Source: Trebonia sp.
GTDB lineage: Bacteria; Actinomycetota; Actinomycetes; Streptosporangiales; Streptosporangiaceae
Assembly (NCBI GenBank): GCA_036276115.1
Contig: DATBEM010000025.1
Location: 1-64,000, forward strand
DNA length: 64,000 nt
Direction: 5' to 3'
In this document: positions 1 to 10,050 of the stretch, one piece after another
Position numbering within the stretch: the first letter of the stretch is position 1
Layout: each line of letters begins with the position of its first letter
The notes under the pieces: model-generated
The model's input: only the letters and a program-made list of their open reading frames with translations
What the model was told of the DNA's origin: nothing
Database searches by the model: none
Made by a program: the position numbers and the translations under genes

Positions 1-1059
1 CGGCTGATCGCGATCGACGTCGCCTACGCGCTGCCCGGCTTCGCCAACCAGGATGCCGCCCTCACGATCACCGGCGCCTCGCTGGCCGGGTGGTCAGCGC
101 GGGGGGCATCGGCCGACCTGGACAACCTCTCGGACGGCGGCGGCATCTACGGGGGGTCCTCGCGGCCGTCCGCGGCCAGCTGGCACCCGGCCGCGCGATC
201 GAGCACGCTGGCGTTCAGCACCGGCTTCGGCCGCGGCCGCGGCGACTCGGTCACTCCCGTCCCGGCCCCGAGCCCGCTGACCGGGATGGTCGAGCTGTCG
301 GCGGCCGCGCCGGGCGGGGCGCTGCCCGCGATCGCCACCCAGGCCTACGTTGACTCCAGCAGCACGCGCGTCGGCGGCACCGTGGACGCCGTGCTCGACG
401 GGCTGCAGGTCCCCGTTCGCATCGTGGCGGTGGTGAGCCGGTTCCCCACTACCGCTGGCCCCGCGCTGGTCATTGACCTGCCGGCCGTCGACGAGGCCCT
501 CGTGGTCGCCGGCGCCCAGCCGCTGCCGGTGACGCAGTGGTGGCTGTCCGGGCCGCCGCCGGCCGCGCCGCCGCCCGGCACCGCCGTCACCACCACGGCG
601 GGGGTCCAGGCGCAGCTCACCAACGAGCCGCTGCTGGCGGCGCCGCAGCAGGCGCTCCTGGCCCTGGCGGCGGCGGCCGGGCTGCTGGCGATCACCGGCT
701 TCTGCGTGTCCATCGCCACCGGCGTCCGCGCCCGGCGCGGGGAGAACGCCCTGCTCGCCGCCCTCGGCGTTACCCAGCGGTCCGCCGCCGCCCACTTGTG
801 CCTGGAGAAGCTCTTGCTCAGCGTCGCCTCGGCCGTCCTCGGGCTGCTCCTCGGCTGGGCCGCCGCGTGGCTCCTGGTGCCGGCCGTCACCTTGACCGGC
901 AACGCGACGACCCCGGTGCCGCCCCCGCTGACCTTGCTGAACGCCCCGGCGGCGGTCGCGCTGGCCGCCATCGTCGCCATCGCGCCGGTGCTGGTCGCCG
1001 GCATCGCCATGATCCGCCGCCCCGATCCGGCCGCCGAGCTGCGCGCGAGCCAGGCATGA
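1..1059 (+). CDS. ABC transporter permease, FtsX family (C-terminal part; start lies upstream of window)
   Basis: Frame 1 is open from base 1 with no stop before 1059; C-terminal FtsX-type TM bundle (…ALLAALGVTQRSAAAHLCLEKLLLSVASAVLGLLLGW…); followed by a second permease and two ATPases. Confidence 0.65.
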   Translation, partial: RLIAIDVAYALPGFANQDAALTITGASLAGWSARGASADLDNLSDGGGIYGGSSRPSAASWHPAARSSTLAFSTGFGRGRGDSVTPVPAPSPLTGMVELSAAAPGGALPAIATQAYVDSSSTRVGGTVDAVLDGLQVPVRIVAVVSRFPTTAGPALVIDLPAVDEALVVAGAQPLPVTQWWLSGPPPAAPPPGTAVTTTAGVQAQLTNEPLLAAPQQALLALAAAAGLLAITGFCVSIATGVRARRGENALLAALGVTQRSAAAHLCLEKLLLSVASAVLGLLLGWAAAWLLVPAVTLTGNATTPVPPPLTLLNAPAAVALAAIVAIAPVLVAGIAMIRRPDPAAELRASQA

Positions 1060-1089
1060 ACGTGACCTCGTGACGGGCAGCGTGACCTC

Positions 1090-3939
1090 ATGACCGGCAC
1101 CCCCGCCCGCCCGCGCCCGCCCCGGCTGGCGCCGCCCGCCCGGCTGCGCGCGCTGACCGGCATGGGCGTGGCGGCGACGGTCGCGCTGGCGGTGCTGACG
1201 GCCGGGTGCCTGATCCTGGCCCTGGGCGGGCAGAAGCTAGCCCTCGCCGCCCGCACCGACGCGCTGCGGAGCCTGCTCGCCGGGGAAGCGCCGACTGCCC
1301 AGGCACTGCAGGTCACCAGCCGGTGGAACGCGTTCTCGGTCGCGCTGGCGGAGGCATCGGCCGGCCCGTCTCCCCCGCCCCTGCGGCTCACCAGCGACCA
1401 GCTCACCGACATGACCACCCAGTTCGAGGACGACTTCGCGATCAGCCCGCTGCGCCCGACCGGGGCCGGCAGCCCGCTGCCGCAACTGCCCTGGGCCGGG
1501 CTGGCCTCCGACGAGCTGGCGGTGGCGGGGCTGCTCCCCGCCCTGCATGGCCTGCGGAGCCAGGTCGAGATCGTCGACCGCACCCCGCTGACCAGCTTCA
1601 CCACCCTGATCGCGGGCCGGTACCCGCGGCAGGCGCCATCCTCGCCCGGCGCGGCGGCGGCCCCGCTGGAGGTCGCGGTGACCGAGCAGACGGCGACCCG
1701 CTTCGGGTTGCGGGCCGGGTCGACGTTCCAGCTGGGCGCCCCGGATTCCGCCGCGGGCGCCCCGCTCAGCGTGACCGTCACCGGGATCGTCTCCCCGCGC
1801 GCGCCTGGCTCCACGTTCTGGGCGACCGATCCGCTCGCCAGCCGGCCCACGATGATCACCCCGGCCGACGGGCCGTCCTACTGGATCGGCGCCGTCCTGG
1901 CCAGCCCGGCTGAGGCTCCCCGGCTGCAGCAGCTGCTCGGGTCCCGGCTGACGATGACGTGGGAGCTGCCGCTGGACTTGCGCTCGGTCCAGGGCGACCA
2001 GGCGCAGGCCCTGCACGACACGCTGAGCGACATCACCGACGAGCCGCCGGCGCTGCCGGGCGACTTCGGCCCCGCCGCGAGCACGATGCAGGTCAGCAGC
2101 GGCCTGATCCAGCCGGTGCAGGAGTTCCTGGGCACGGCGTCGGCGGTCGCGGCGGTGCAGTCACTGCTGTTCGCCAGCCTGGCCCTGACCGCCCTGGTGG
2201 TGCTGCTCCTGGCCGGGTCCATGGCCGCGCTGCGGCGGGGGCCGGAGCTGACGGTGCTGCGCGCCCGGGGAGCGTCGCTAGGCCAGGCCGGCTGGGCGGG
2301 CCTGCGGGGCGCCCTGGTCGCTGGCGTCCCGGCCGCGGTCGTCGCGGTCGCGGTCACGCTGGCCCTCCCCGGCCCGGACCCAACCGAGCTGCCGGCCTGG
2401 TGGCCGGCCGTCGCCGTGCTGGTGGTCGCCCTGTGCGCCCCGGCCGCGGCCGGGGCATGGCCGCTGCGGCCGCCCCGCCGCTCAAGCGCGCGGCGGGCGC
2501 AGGCGGGCCGGGCGCACGGGCTGCGGTCGCGGCGGGCCCGCCGGGTGACGCGGGTGGTGGCCGAGGTCACCGTGTGCGCGCTGGCGGTCGCTGCCCTGGT
2601 CGTGCTGCGCGAGCACGGCACGTCCGCCGCTGACCTCTTTACCAGCGCGGCTCCGGCGCTGGTCGCGATCCCGGTGGTGATCGTCGAGCAGCGGCTGTAC
2701 CCGCTGGTCCTGCGGGCCGCGCTGCGGCTGGCCGCCCGGCGGCGGGGGGCGACCGCGTTCCTGGCCCTGGCGGGCGCGACCCGCTCGGCGCTGACCCCCG
2801 CGCTGCCGATGTTCGCCCTCGTCCTCGCGCTCACGGTCGCGTCCTTCGCCGGGATGACCCGCGACGCGATCACCAGCGGGGAGGTCGCGGCGTCCTGGCG
2901 GGCCGTCGGGGCCGACGCGTGGATTCATCCCGGCCCCCTGCAAGGCAGCGGCTCCGGAGCAGAGCAGGCGATCGGCGGCAGCATCACCCCGCAGGCGATC
3001 AAGGCCATCGAGGCGGTGCCCGGCGTGCAGCACGTCGCCGCCCTCTACCAGGACCTGTGGACCACCTCCGACGGCCTGCAGGTGCCCGGCGTCGCCGTCG
3101 ACCCGGCGAGCTACGCCGCCCTCGCCGCGGCCGAGCCCGCGTACTGGTCCCCGTTCCCGGCGGCCGCCCTCGCCCGCCCGGCCGCCGCGGCGGCGGCACC
3201 GGTGCTCGCGACCCCGGACGTGGCGGCCAGGCTCGGCGGGGCGGCCTCGATCTCGACGACGCTCACCCGGCCGCTGCGGGTGCGCGTAGCCGGCCTTATA
3301 TCCAGCACTGCGGCCCTGCCAGGGGCGGACTCGTTCGTCGTGGTTCCGCTGTCGGCGCTTTCCCCGGTCTCTGACCCGATCGAGCCGAACCTGCTACTGA
3401 TCACCGGCCCGCGTATCGACCAGGCCCGGCTGGCGGCCGCGGTGGCCAGGACGCTGCCCACCGGGGTGGTCACCAACCGGTCGCGGGAACTGGGCGAGCT
3501 GACGAGCGCGTCGTTGCAGCATGGCGTGTTCGTACTGTTCGCGATGGCCATCGTGGCCGCGTCGCTCCTGGGCCTGGCGGTGCTGGCGCTGGCGCTGGCG
3601 CTCGGGGCGGCGGGCCGCGAGCTCACGCTCGCCCGGCTCGCGACAATGGGGCTGACCGCCCGGCAGCGGGCCTGGCTGGTCGCGCTGGAGGTCGGCCCGG
3701 CGGTGGTGGCCGCGGCGGTTGCCGGGGTGGCGTGCGCGCTGCTGCTGCCGGCCGCGGTCGGGCCGGCCGTTGACCTGTCACCGTTCACCGGGTCGAGCGT
3801 CCCGGTGCCGTTCGCGGCCGACCTGCTCTCGGCCGGGCTGCCGGTGGCGGGCCTGGCGGTGCTGGCGGCGGTGGCGCTGGCGATCGAGATGCGGGCCGGG
3901 CGGCGGCTCGGCGTGGCCGCGCGGATGAGAGGACAGTGA
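1090..3939 (+). CDS. ABC transporter permease with two FtsX domains (MacB/DevC-like, 949 aa)
   Basis: N-terminal TM + large extracytoplasmic region + FtsX-like 4-TM bundle, repeated twice; operon context with ATPases. Confidence 0.7.
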   Translation: MTGTPARPRPPRLAPPARLRALTGMGVAATVALAVLTAGCLILALGGQKLALAARTDALRSLLAGEAPTAQALQVTSRWNAFSVALAEASAGPSPPPLRLTSDQLTDMTTQFEDDFAISPLRPTGAGSPLPQLPWAGLASDELAVAGLLPALHGLRSQVEIVDRTPLTSFTTLIAGRYPRQAPSSPGAAAAPLEVAVTEQTATRFGLRAGSTFQLGAPDSAAGAPLSVTVTGIVSPRAPGSTFWATDPLASRPTMITPADGPSYWIGAVLASPAEAPRLQQLLGSRLTMTWELPLDLRSVQGDQAQALHDTLSDITDEPPALPGDFGPAASTMQVSSGLIQPVQEFLGTASAVAAVQSLLFASLALTALVVLLLAGSMAALRRGPELTVLRARGASLGQAGWAGLRGALVAGVPAAVVAVAVTLALPGPDPTELPAWWPAVAVLVVALCAPAAAGAWPLRPPRRSSARRAQAGRAHGLRSRRARRVTRVVAEVTVCALAVAALVVLREHGTSAADLFTSAAPALVAIPVVIVEQRLYPLVLRAALRLAARRRGATAFLALAGATRSALTPALPMFALVLALTVASFAGMTRDAITSGEVAASWRAVGADAWIHPGPLQGSGSGAEQAIGGSITPQAIKAIEAVPGVQHVAALYQDLWTTSDGLQVPGVAVDPASYAALAAAEPAYWSPFPAAALARPAAAAAAPVLATPDVAARLGGAASISTTLTRPLRVRVAGLISSTAALPGADSFVVVPLSALSPVSDPIEPNLLLITGPRIDQARLAAAVARTLPTGVVTNRSRELGELTSASLQHGVFVLFAMAIVAASLLGLAVLALALALGAAGRELTLARLATMGLTARQRAWLVALEVGPAVVAAAVAGVACALLLPAAVGPAVDLSPFTGSSVPVPFAADLLSAGLPVAGLAVLAAVALAIEMRAGRRLGVAARMRGQ

Positions 3940-3940
3940 C

Positions 3941-4924
3941 ATGCCCGAGTATGGCGAGGGAGCGCTCATCGTGTGCGACCGGCTCGTGCGGATCTACCAG
4001 GCCGAGGGCATCGAGGTGCAGGCCCTGCAGGGCCTTGACCTCGTAGTCGGCCGGGGCGAGCTGACGGCCATGGTGGGCGCGTCCGGCAGCGGGAAGTCCA
4101 CGCTGATGAACATCCTGGCCGGCCTGGACGTGCCCACGGCCGGGGCGGTGCGGGTGGACGGGCAAGACCTGGCGGCGCTGTCGGCCCGCCAGCGGCTGGC
4201 CTACCGGCGGCAGGCGGTCGGGTTCATCTGGCAGCAGACCGCCCGCAACCTGCTCCCTTACCTCACGGGGACGCAGAACGTGGAGCTGCCCATGCGGCTG
4301 GCCGGCACGGGCACGCGGGCACGGCGGTCGCGGGCGGGAGAGCTGCTGGAGACGCTGGGCGTGCCGCACTGCGCCGGGCGGCGGCCGGACCAGATGTCGG
4401 GCGGCGAGCAGCAGCGGGTGGCGATCGCGGTGGCGATCGCGAACTCCCCGGCGGTCCTGCTCGCGGACGAGCCGACCGGGGAGCTGGACAGCGCGACGGC
4501 CGGGTCGGTGTTCGACGCCCTGCGGACGGCGAACTCGGCCCTCGGGGTGACGGTCTTGATCGTGACCCACGACCCGGCGGTGTCCGGGCAGGTGCGGCGG
4601 GTCATCGCGATCCGCGATGGCCGCACCAGCACCGAGACCCTGCGCGCGGCCGCCTCCGGCGAGGGCGGGGAGGGTCTTGGGCACGCGGTGGAGTACGCCG
4701 TCCTCGACCGGGCCGGCCGGCTGCAGCTCCCGCGCGAGATGACTGAGTCCCTGGGCATGCGCGACCGGGTCCGGCTGGAGGCCAATCCGGACCACATCGG
4801 CGTCTGGCCCGACCAGGGCGCCCTGCCCGCCGGCCCGCCCGCCGACGCGCCTGCCACCCCGCCCGCCGTCCAGCCCCCGCCCGGGGCCCCGCCGGCCGAC
4901 CCCGCGAAGGGAAGCGGCGCATGA
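3941..4924 (+). CDS. ABC transporter ATP-binding protein (MacB/LolD-type) with Pro/Ala-rich C-terminal tail
   Basis: Walker A GASGSGKST, Q-loop, signature LSGGEQQRVAIA, Walker B LLADEPTGELD. Confidence 0.85.
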   Translation: MPEYGEGALIVCDRLVRIYQAEGIEVQALQGLDLVVGRGELTAMVGASGSGKSTLMNILAGLDVPTAGAVRVDGQDLAALSARQRLAYRRQAVGFIWQQTARNLLPYLTGTQNVELPMRLAGTGTRARRSRAGELLETLGVPHCAGRRPDQMSGGEQQRVAIAVAIANSPAVLLADEPTGELDSATAGSVFDALRTANSALGVTVLIVTHDPAVSGQVRRVIAIRDGRTSTETLRAAASGEGGEGLGHAVEYAVLDRAGRLQLPREMTESLGMRDRVRLEANPDHIGVWPDQGALPAGPPADAPATPPAVQPPPGAPPADPAKGSGA

Positions 4925-5616
4925 CCGCCATGATCGACGTCAAGGACGTCACCCGGACCTACGGCAGCGGGCCGACGGCGGCCCAGGCGCTGCGGGGGGT
5001 CACGTTCAGCGTGCCCGAGGGGCAGCTGGTCGCGCTGCGGGGCCGGTCCGGCTCGGGCAAGACGACGCTGCTGAACATCGTCGGTGGCCTCGACACGCCC
5101 GACGGCGGCTCGGTCACCGTGGCCGGGCGGGACGTGACCGCGATGAGCGAGCGGGACCGCATCCGGCTGCGGCGTGAGACGGTGGCCTACATCTTCCAGT
5201 CGTTCGGCCTGCTGCCGGTGCTGTCGGCGGCCGAGAACGTGGGGGTGCCGCTGCGGATCGCCGGGACCGGGCCGCGCGAGCGCGAGGAGCGGGTCGCCCT
5301 CATGCTGTCCCTCGTGGGGCTGTCGGGCCACGTGCGCCAGCGCCCGGCCGAGCTGTCGGGCGGCCAGCAGCAGCGGGTCGCCATCGCCCGCGCCCTGGCC
5401 GGGCGGCCCCGGCTGCTCCTGGCGGACGAGCCGACCGGCCAGCTCGACCAGGAGACCGGCAAGCAGATCATGGGCCTGCTGCGGGACGTGGTGCGCTCGG
5501 AGGGGGTGACCGCCCTGGTCGCCACCCATGACCCGGTCCTCATCGGCCTGGCCGACGCGGTCTTGCAGCTGGCCGACGGCGTGATCGAGCCCGGCCTCAC
5601 TGCCCCGGCACCCTAG
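4921..5616 (+). CDS. ABC transporter ATP-binding protein (second ATPase subunit)
   Basis: Walker A GRSGSGKTT, signature LSGGQQQRVAIA, Walker B LLADEPTGQLD; ATGA start/stop overlap with upstream ATPase. Confidence 0.85.
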   Translation: MTAMIDVKDVTRTYGSGPTAAQALRGVTFSVPEGQLVALRGRSGSGKTTLLNIVGGLDTPDGGSVTVAGRDVTAMSERDRIRLRRETVAYIFQSFGLLPVLSAAENVGVPLRIAGTGPREREERVALMLSLVGLSGHVRQRPAELSGGQQQRVAIARALAGRPRLLLADEPTGQLDQETGKQIMGLLRDVVRSEGVTALVATHDPVLIGLADAVLQLADGVIEPGLTAPAP

Positions 5617-6554
5617 GCGACGACGGTGCCGGACGACGCCGCCAGGTCCGCGTACAGCCCGGTCAGCCGCCGGGTGACCGGGCCGGGGGCGCCGTCGCCG
5701 ATGACCCGGCCGTCCACCTCGGTGACGGGGGCGAGGCCGCCCATGGTGCCGGTGACGAATGCCTCGGCCGCGTTGTAGAGCTGCGGCAGCGTGTAGTCGC
5801 CGACCTGGACGCCGATGCCCGCGCGGGCGGCGAGGGACAGGACCGCGCCGCGGGTGATGCCCTCGGGGGCGGAGGCGGCGGTCGGGGTGGCGAGGATCGC
5901 GCCGCCCGACGCGGGCCGGGCGTAGGAGCTGGCCAGGTCGCCCGGCAGGACCAGGAAGAGGTGGGTCGCGTTGGTCTCGGCGATGAAGCCGCGGTGGTCC
6001 AGGACCACGGCGTCGTCCGCGCCGGCCGCGTTCGCCTCGATCTTGGCGAGGATGGACGGCAGCAGGTTGTTGTGGTGGATCTTCGGGTCCAGGCAGTCCG
6101 GGGCGGGGCGGCGGACCGACGAGGTGATGAGCCGGATCCCGGACTGGTCGTAGACCGGCTCCTTGTACTCGGCGAGCACGATCAGCGTCGGCCCGGCGGT
6201 GTTCAGCCGGGGGTCCATCCCCGAGGTGACCTTCACCCCGCGCGTCAGCGTCAGCCGGATGTGGACGCCGTCGCGCATCCCGTTGGCCGCCAGGGTCCGC
6301 CGGATCTCGGCCGTGATCTCCTCGTCGGCGGGCACCGCGGCGAACGCGAGGGCGCGGGCTGACCGGCGCAGCCGGGCCAGGTGCTCGTCCAGCCCGAAGA
6401 TCCGGCCGCCAGTGAGGCGCAGCCCTTCCCACACGGCGTCGCCGCCCTGGACGACCGAGTCGAACGGGGAGACCCCGGCCTCGTCACGGTGCGATAGCCG
6501 CCCGGCGACGCTGACGATCAGGTCGCGGTTGCGCTCGTCGAACTTCTGCAGCAT
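5613..6554 (-). CDS. Aminotransferase class IV (branched-chain/D-amino-acid aminotransferase or ADC-lyase family)
   Basis: Fold-type IV PLP enzyme motifs (…TNATHLFLV…, …EAFVTGTMGGLAPV…); 313 aa. Confidence 0.75.
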   Translation of the reverse strand: MLQKFDERNRDLIVSVAGRLSHRDEAGVSPFDSVVQGGDAVWEGLRLTGGRIFGLDEHLARLRRSARALAFAAVPADEEITAEIRRTLAANGMRDGVHIRLTLTRGVKVTSGMDPRLNTAGPTLIVLAEYKEPVYDQSGIRLITSSVRRPAPDCLDPKIHHNNLLPSILAKIEANAAGADDAVVLDHRGFIAETNATHLFLVLPGDLASSYARPASGGAILATPTAASAPEGITRGAVLSLAARAGIGVQVGDYTLPQLYNAAEAFVTGTMGGLAPVTEVDGRVIGDGAPGPVTRRLTGLYADLAASSGTVVA

Positions 6555-6563
6555 CCAGGCTCC

Positions 6564-7277
6564 TCAGAACGCCAGCTTCCGGGCCGACAGTGCCTCGTAG
6601 TACGGCTCGCACTCGCGGGCCAGGCCCTCCAGGCCGGCCGGGACGGCCGGGGGCGCGGGTGCCGCCGGGGCCGCCCCGGAGGCCCGGCCGAAGCCGGTCG
6701 ACTCCCGCACGCTGTCGTACCAGTACGGCGCCCACACCCCGTCGCTGGCGCGCGGGCCGGCCGGCCAGGACAGCATCGCCGCCTCGAATGGCACGTCCAG
6801 CGCCGCGCACAGCGCCCGCAGCCCCGCCTCGGGGTCCGCCAGCAGGTCGGCTGAGTCGATGACGGGCCCGCCGAACTCGGCGAACAGCGCCACCTGCTGC
6901 CGCAGCCCGAGGTCGTCCAGGGTCGGGGCGGACCGCACGCGGGCGTAGGAGGCGAGCAGCGCCCGCGGGTCGCGAATCAGGAACGCGTGCCGGAACCCGG
7001 CGAAGCTCGCCAGGTCCACCGATGGCAGCACGTGGTGCGTCATGTGCTTGGCGTAGCTGATCGTCACCCCGTCCGGCAGGTCCCCGCCGGCCAGGCCGGA
7101 CACCACCGCGCGCCACGAGGTCGGCTGGGAGGCGATGACCTCCTCCCGCCCGGGATGGTCGATCCCGGTCGCCGACAGGTAGAAGGCGTACAGCGGCTCG
7201 TCCGCCACGACGGTGTCGGGGCGGTTCTCCCACGCCCGCATCATCGCGGTCGAGACGGTCCGCGGCCCGGACCACAT
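6564..7277 (-). CDS. Sulfotransferase-family-like protein (putative)
   Basis: Only the last 237 codons of the 517-aa track ORF look protein-like; N-terminal PSB-like loop SGPRTVSTAMM and RDP motif (FLIRDPRALLASY) resemble Stf0-type sulfotransferases; ATG at 7277 lies 30 bp after the upstream ADH stop. Confidence 0.45.
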   Translation of the reverse strand: MWSGPRTVSTAMMRAWENRPDTVVADEPLYAFYLSATGIDHPGREEVIASQPTSWRAVVSGLAGGDLPDGVTISYAKHMTHHVLPSVDLASFAGFRHAFLIRDPRALLASYARVRSAPTLDDLGLRQQVALFAEFGGPVIDSADLLADPEAGLRALCAALDVPFEAAMLSWPAGPRASDGVWAPYWYDSVRESTGFGRASGAAPAAPAPPAVPAGLEGLARECEPYYEALSARKLAF

Positions 7278-7306
7278 CGCGATCCGGGCCGCTGGAGCGG
7301 CTGCGG

Positions 7307-8392
7307 TCAAAACACGACCACGCTGCGCAGCACGTCGCCGTGCTCCATCCTCGCGAATGCCTCCTCGACGTCCCCGACCGCGATCGTCTCGGAGACGAAC
7401 CTGTCCAGCGGGAGCCGCCCGTCGAGGTGCAGGTCCACCAGCATCGGGAAGTCCCGGCTGGGGAGGCAGTCGCCGTACCACGAGGACTTCAGCGCCCCGC
7501 CCCGGCCGAACACCTCCAGCAGCGGCAGGTCCAGGGCCATGTCCGGGGTCGGCACCCCGACCAGGACCACCACCCCGGCCAGGTCGCGGGCGAAGAACGC
7601 CTGCTTGTAGGTCTCGGGCCGCCCGATCGCCTCGATGACCACGTCGGCCCCGAACCCGCCGGTCAGCTCGCGGATCCCCTCGACCGGGTCGACGGCGCGG
7701 GAGTTGATCACGTGGGTCGCCCCGAAGTCGCGCGCCCAGCCGAGCTTCCGCTCGTCGATGTCGACCGCGATGATCGTCTGGGCGCCCGCGAGCCGGGCGC
7801 CGAGGATCGCCCCGTCGCCGACGCCGCCGCAGCCGATCACGGCGACCGAGTCGCCCCGCGACACCCCGCCGGTGTTGATGGCCGCGCCGATGCCCGCCAT
7901 AACCCCGCAGCCGAGCAGCCCGGCCGTGGCCGGCGCGATGGCCGGGTTGACCTTGGTGCACTGGCCCGCCGCGACCAGCGTCTTCTCCGCGAACGCGCCG
8001 ATGCCGAGGGCGGGCGACAGCGGCGTGCCGTCCGCCAGCGTCATCTTCCGGGTGGCGTTGTGGGTGGCGAAGCAGTACCAGGGCCGGCCGCGCTTGCACG
8101 CGCGGCACTGCCCGCACACCGCCCGCCAGTTGAGGATCACGAAGTCACCCGGGGCGACCTCGGTCACGCCGTCCCCCACCGCCTCCACGACCCCGGCCGC
8201 CTCGTGCCCGAGCAGGTACGGGTAGTCGTCGCCGATCCCGCCGAGCTTGTAGTGCAGGTCGGTGTGGCACACGCCGCACGCCTGGACCTTGACCAGTGCC
8301 TCCCCGGGCCCCGGGTCGGGCACGATTATCTCGGTCACCTGCACGGGCTCGCCCTTGGCGCTCGCCACGACGCCGGCCACGCTGCTCGCCAT
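7307..8392 (-). CDS. Zn-dependent class III alcohol dehydrogenase, mycothiol-dependent formaldehyde dehydrogenase-like (MscR/AdhC type)
   Basis: [46 protein letters not shown] zinc ligand pattern, GCGGVG Rossmann motif; 361 aa. Confidence 0.85.
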   Translation of the reverse strand: MASSVAGVVASAKGEPVQVTEIIVPDPGPGEALVKVQACGVCHTDLHYKLGGIGDDYPYLLGHEAAGVVEAVGDGVTEVAPGDFVILNWRAVCGQCRACKRGRPWYCFATHNATRKMTLADGTPLSPALGIGAFAEKTLVAAGQCTKVNPAIAPATAGLLGCGVMAGIGAAINTGGVSRGDSVAVIGCGGVGDGAILGARLAGAQTIIAVDIDERKLGWARDFGATHVINSRAVDPVEGIRELTGGFGADVVIEAIGRPETYKQAFFARDLAGVVVLVGVPTPDMALDLPLLEVFGRGGALKSSWYGDCLPSRDFPMLVDLHLDGRLPLDRFVSETIAVGDVEEAFARMEHGDVLRSVVVF

Positions 8393-8479
8393 CGACTAGT
8401 TCTCCCCTGGTTGACGTATCACTTTCACGGGTTCGCTCTCGGCCCCCATCATTCCCCGTCCGGTTGTACCGGGGAAGAC

Positions 8480-9406
8480 TCACCCCAGGCGGTAGGAGCC
8501 ATGGGCGACCAGGACGCTCCGGCCGCCCACCAGGACCCGCCCGACCGAGCCGGCCGACCCGTCGGCGCGGGCGTGCAGGACCGAGGGCCGGCCCATCGCG
8601 GCGCCCTGGCGGATGATGATCTCCTCCCCGAAGGCCACCCGCCCGTGCCGGGCCAGGTGGACGGCGAGCGGCCCGGCGGCCGAGCCGGTCGCGGGGTCCT
8701 CGGGGACGCCGGCGTGGGGGACGAAGTTGCGGAACGCCCAGGAGCCGCCGGCCCGCGCGAAGACGCCCGTGCCGACCTCCAGGCGGCCCAGCGCCTGCAT
8801 GTCCGGGGCCACCGCGGCCAGGTCGGCCTCCGTCGGGACCTCGACGTAGACGTGCAGCGGCCCGTTGTCGTAGACCTCGACTGGCAGGCCGTAGGCCCCG
8901 GTCAGGCCGAGGGCGGCCCGCAGCGCGGGCTCCTGGCCGTAGGGCCGGACCACGGGGACCGGCTGCGACATCCGGCCGAACGAGATCTCGCCCGAGGCCG
9001 GGTCGCGCTCCAGCGTGACCGGGACCAGCCCGACCGCCAGCTGCAGGGTCACGGTGTCCTTGCCCAGCAGCTCGCCCAGCACCCAGGCCGAGCCAAGGGT
9101 CGGGTGCCCCGCGAATGGCAGCTCCTTGCCCGGCGTGAAGATGCGCACGCGGGCGTCGGCGGCGGCCGGGTCGTCGGGCGGCAGGAAGAAGACGGTCTCG
9201 GAGAAGCTCATCTCCCGGGCCGCCCGCTGCATCAGCTCAGCTGCCAGCCCGCGCCCGTCGGGGAAGATGCCGAGCTGGTTCCCCTCCAGCGGGGTACTCG
9301 TGAACACGTCGGCGATGAGGAAGTCGCGGACAAGGCCATCGTCACCATGGCCGGGCCGCGCGTCCGGGGACGGCGAGGCCCACAGCGTCATCTCGGGAAC
9401 TCTCAT
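8480..9406 (-). CDS. PhzF family phenazine-biosynthesis-like isomerase
   Basis: N-terminal VDAFT-type motif (IADVFTSTPLEGNQLGIF), 308 aa two-domain DAP-epimerase-like fold signature. Confidence 0.8.
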   Translation of the reverse strand: MRVPEMTLWASPSPDARPGHGDDGLVRDFLIADVFTSTPLEGNQLGIFPDGRGLAAELMQRAAREMSFSETVFFLPPDDPAAADARVRIFTPGKELPFAGHPTLGSAWVLGELLGKDTVTLQLAVGLVPVTLERDPASGEISFGRMSQPVPVVRPYGQEPALRAALGLTGAYGLPVEVYDNGPLHVYVEVPTEADLAAVAPDMQALGRLEVGTGVFARAGGSWAFRNFVPHAGVPEDPATGSAAGPLAVHLARHGRVAFGEEIIIRQGAAMGRPSVLHARADGSAGSVGRVLVGGRSVLVAHGSYRLG

Positions 9407-9507
9407 GGCCGGACCCTAGCCGCGGCGACGGCCAGGGCCCAAGCGCCAATCGGCCCGATCCTGGCCTGTCTGCTCAAGCCAGGGCCGGCTCCGGGCCAGC
9501 GCCGCCG

Positions 9508-10026
9508 TTAGCTGAAGCCGCCGACCCACCCGACGAACAGCCAGGTCCCGCCCGCCTCGTTGTAGACGAAGGCGAGCAGGTCGGTCTGCCCGGCCCCGGG
9601 GCTGAGGTCGGGCTGCGGCAGGCCGTCGCCGAAGTCGAACGCGCTGGACCAGCTCAGCGTGTGCGGGGCGCCGGAGCCCTGGGTCACCTGGAAGAGGACT
9701 TGCTGGCCGTTGCCCGGGTTGACGGGCGTGCCCATCGTGCGGTTCCCGCCGAGCGTGAGCCGGAAGTCGTTGCCGGCTGAGGCGTCCATCGCGACGGTGG
9801 CCGCGTCGGCGAGGCTCACCACGGCCGGCGCGATGGCGCCGGACGCGACGGCCGCCGTCGCGGCGTGCGCGGGGGCGGCCTTGCCGGCGAGCAGGGCGCC
9901 CGCCGCCCCGGCGGCGGCCGCCCCGGCCGCCCCGGTGACGACGTTCCTGCGGCTCAGTACCCGGCCCCAGCCGCGACCTCGCTGGCGTTCCGGAATTCGT
10001 ATGACCATGGTGCCTCCCCCTTTCAC
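9508..10026 (-). CDS. Tat-signal secreted protein of unknown function (short paralogue)
   Basis: Twin-arginine motif SRRNVVTGAAGAAAAGA… then AHA cleavage-like site; shares a ~150-aa domain with the next gene. Confidence 0.6.
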   Translation of the reverse strand: MKGGGTMVIRIPERQRGRGWGRVLSRRNVVTGAAGAAAAGAAGALLAGKAAPAHAATAAVASGAIAPAVVSLADAATVAMDASAGNDFRLTLGGNRTMGTPVNPGNGQQVLFQVTQGSGAPHTLSWSSAFDFGDGLPQPDLSPGAGQTDLLAFVYNEAGGTWLFVGWVGGFS

Positions 10027-10050
10027 TGACGCGGCGACCAGGCGGCCGGC

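Noticed and set aside
94-1859. Long minus-strand ORFs (94-795, 345-1859) overlapping the plus-strand permease genes
   Set aside because: Arg/Gly/Pro-rich translations typical of antisense frames in >70% GC DNA; the plus-strand frames encode recognisable FtsX permease sequence.
6564-8117. 517-aa ORF on the minus strand
   Set aside because: The N-terminal ~280 residues are Arg/Gly/Pro artefact and overlap the ADH gene in another frame; only the C-terminal 237 codons (from ATG 7277) look like a real protein.
7340-9511. 723-aa plus-strand ORF
   Set aside because: Antisense to the ADH and PhzF genes; highly biased RG/P composition.
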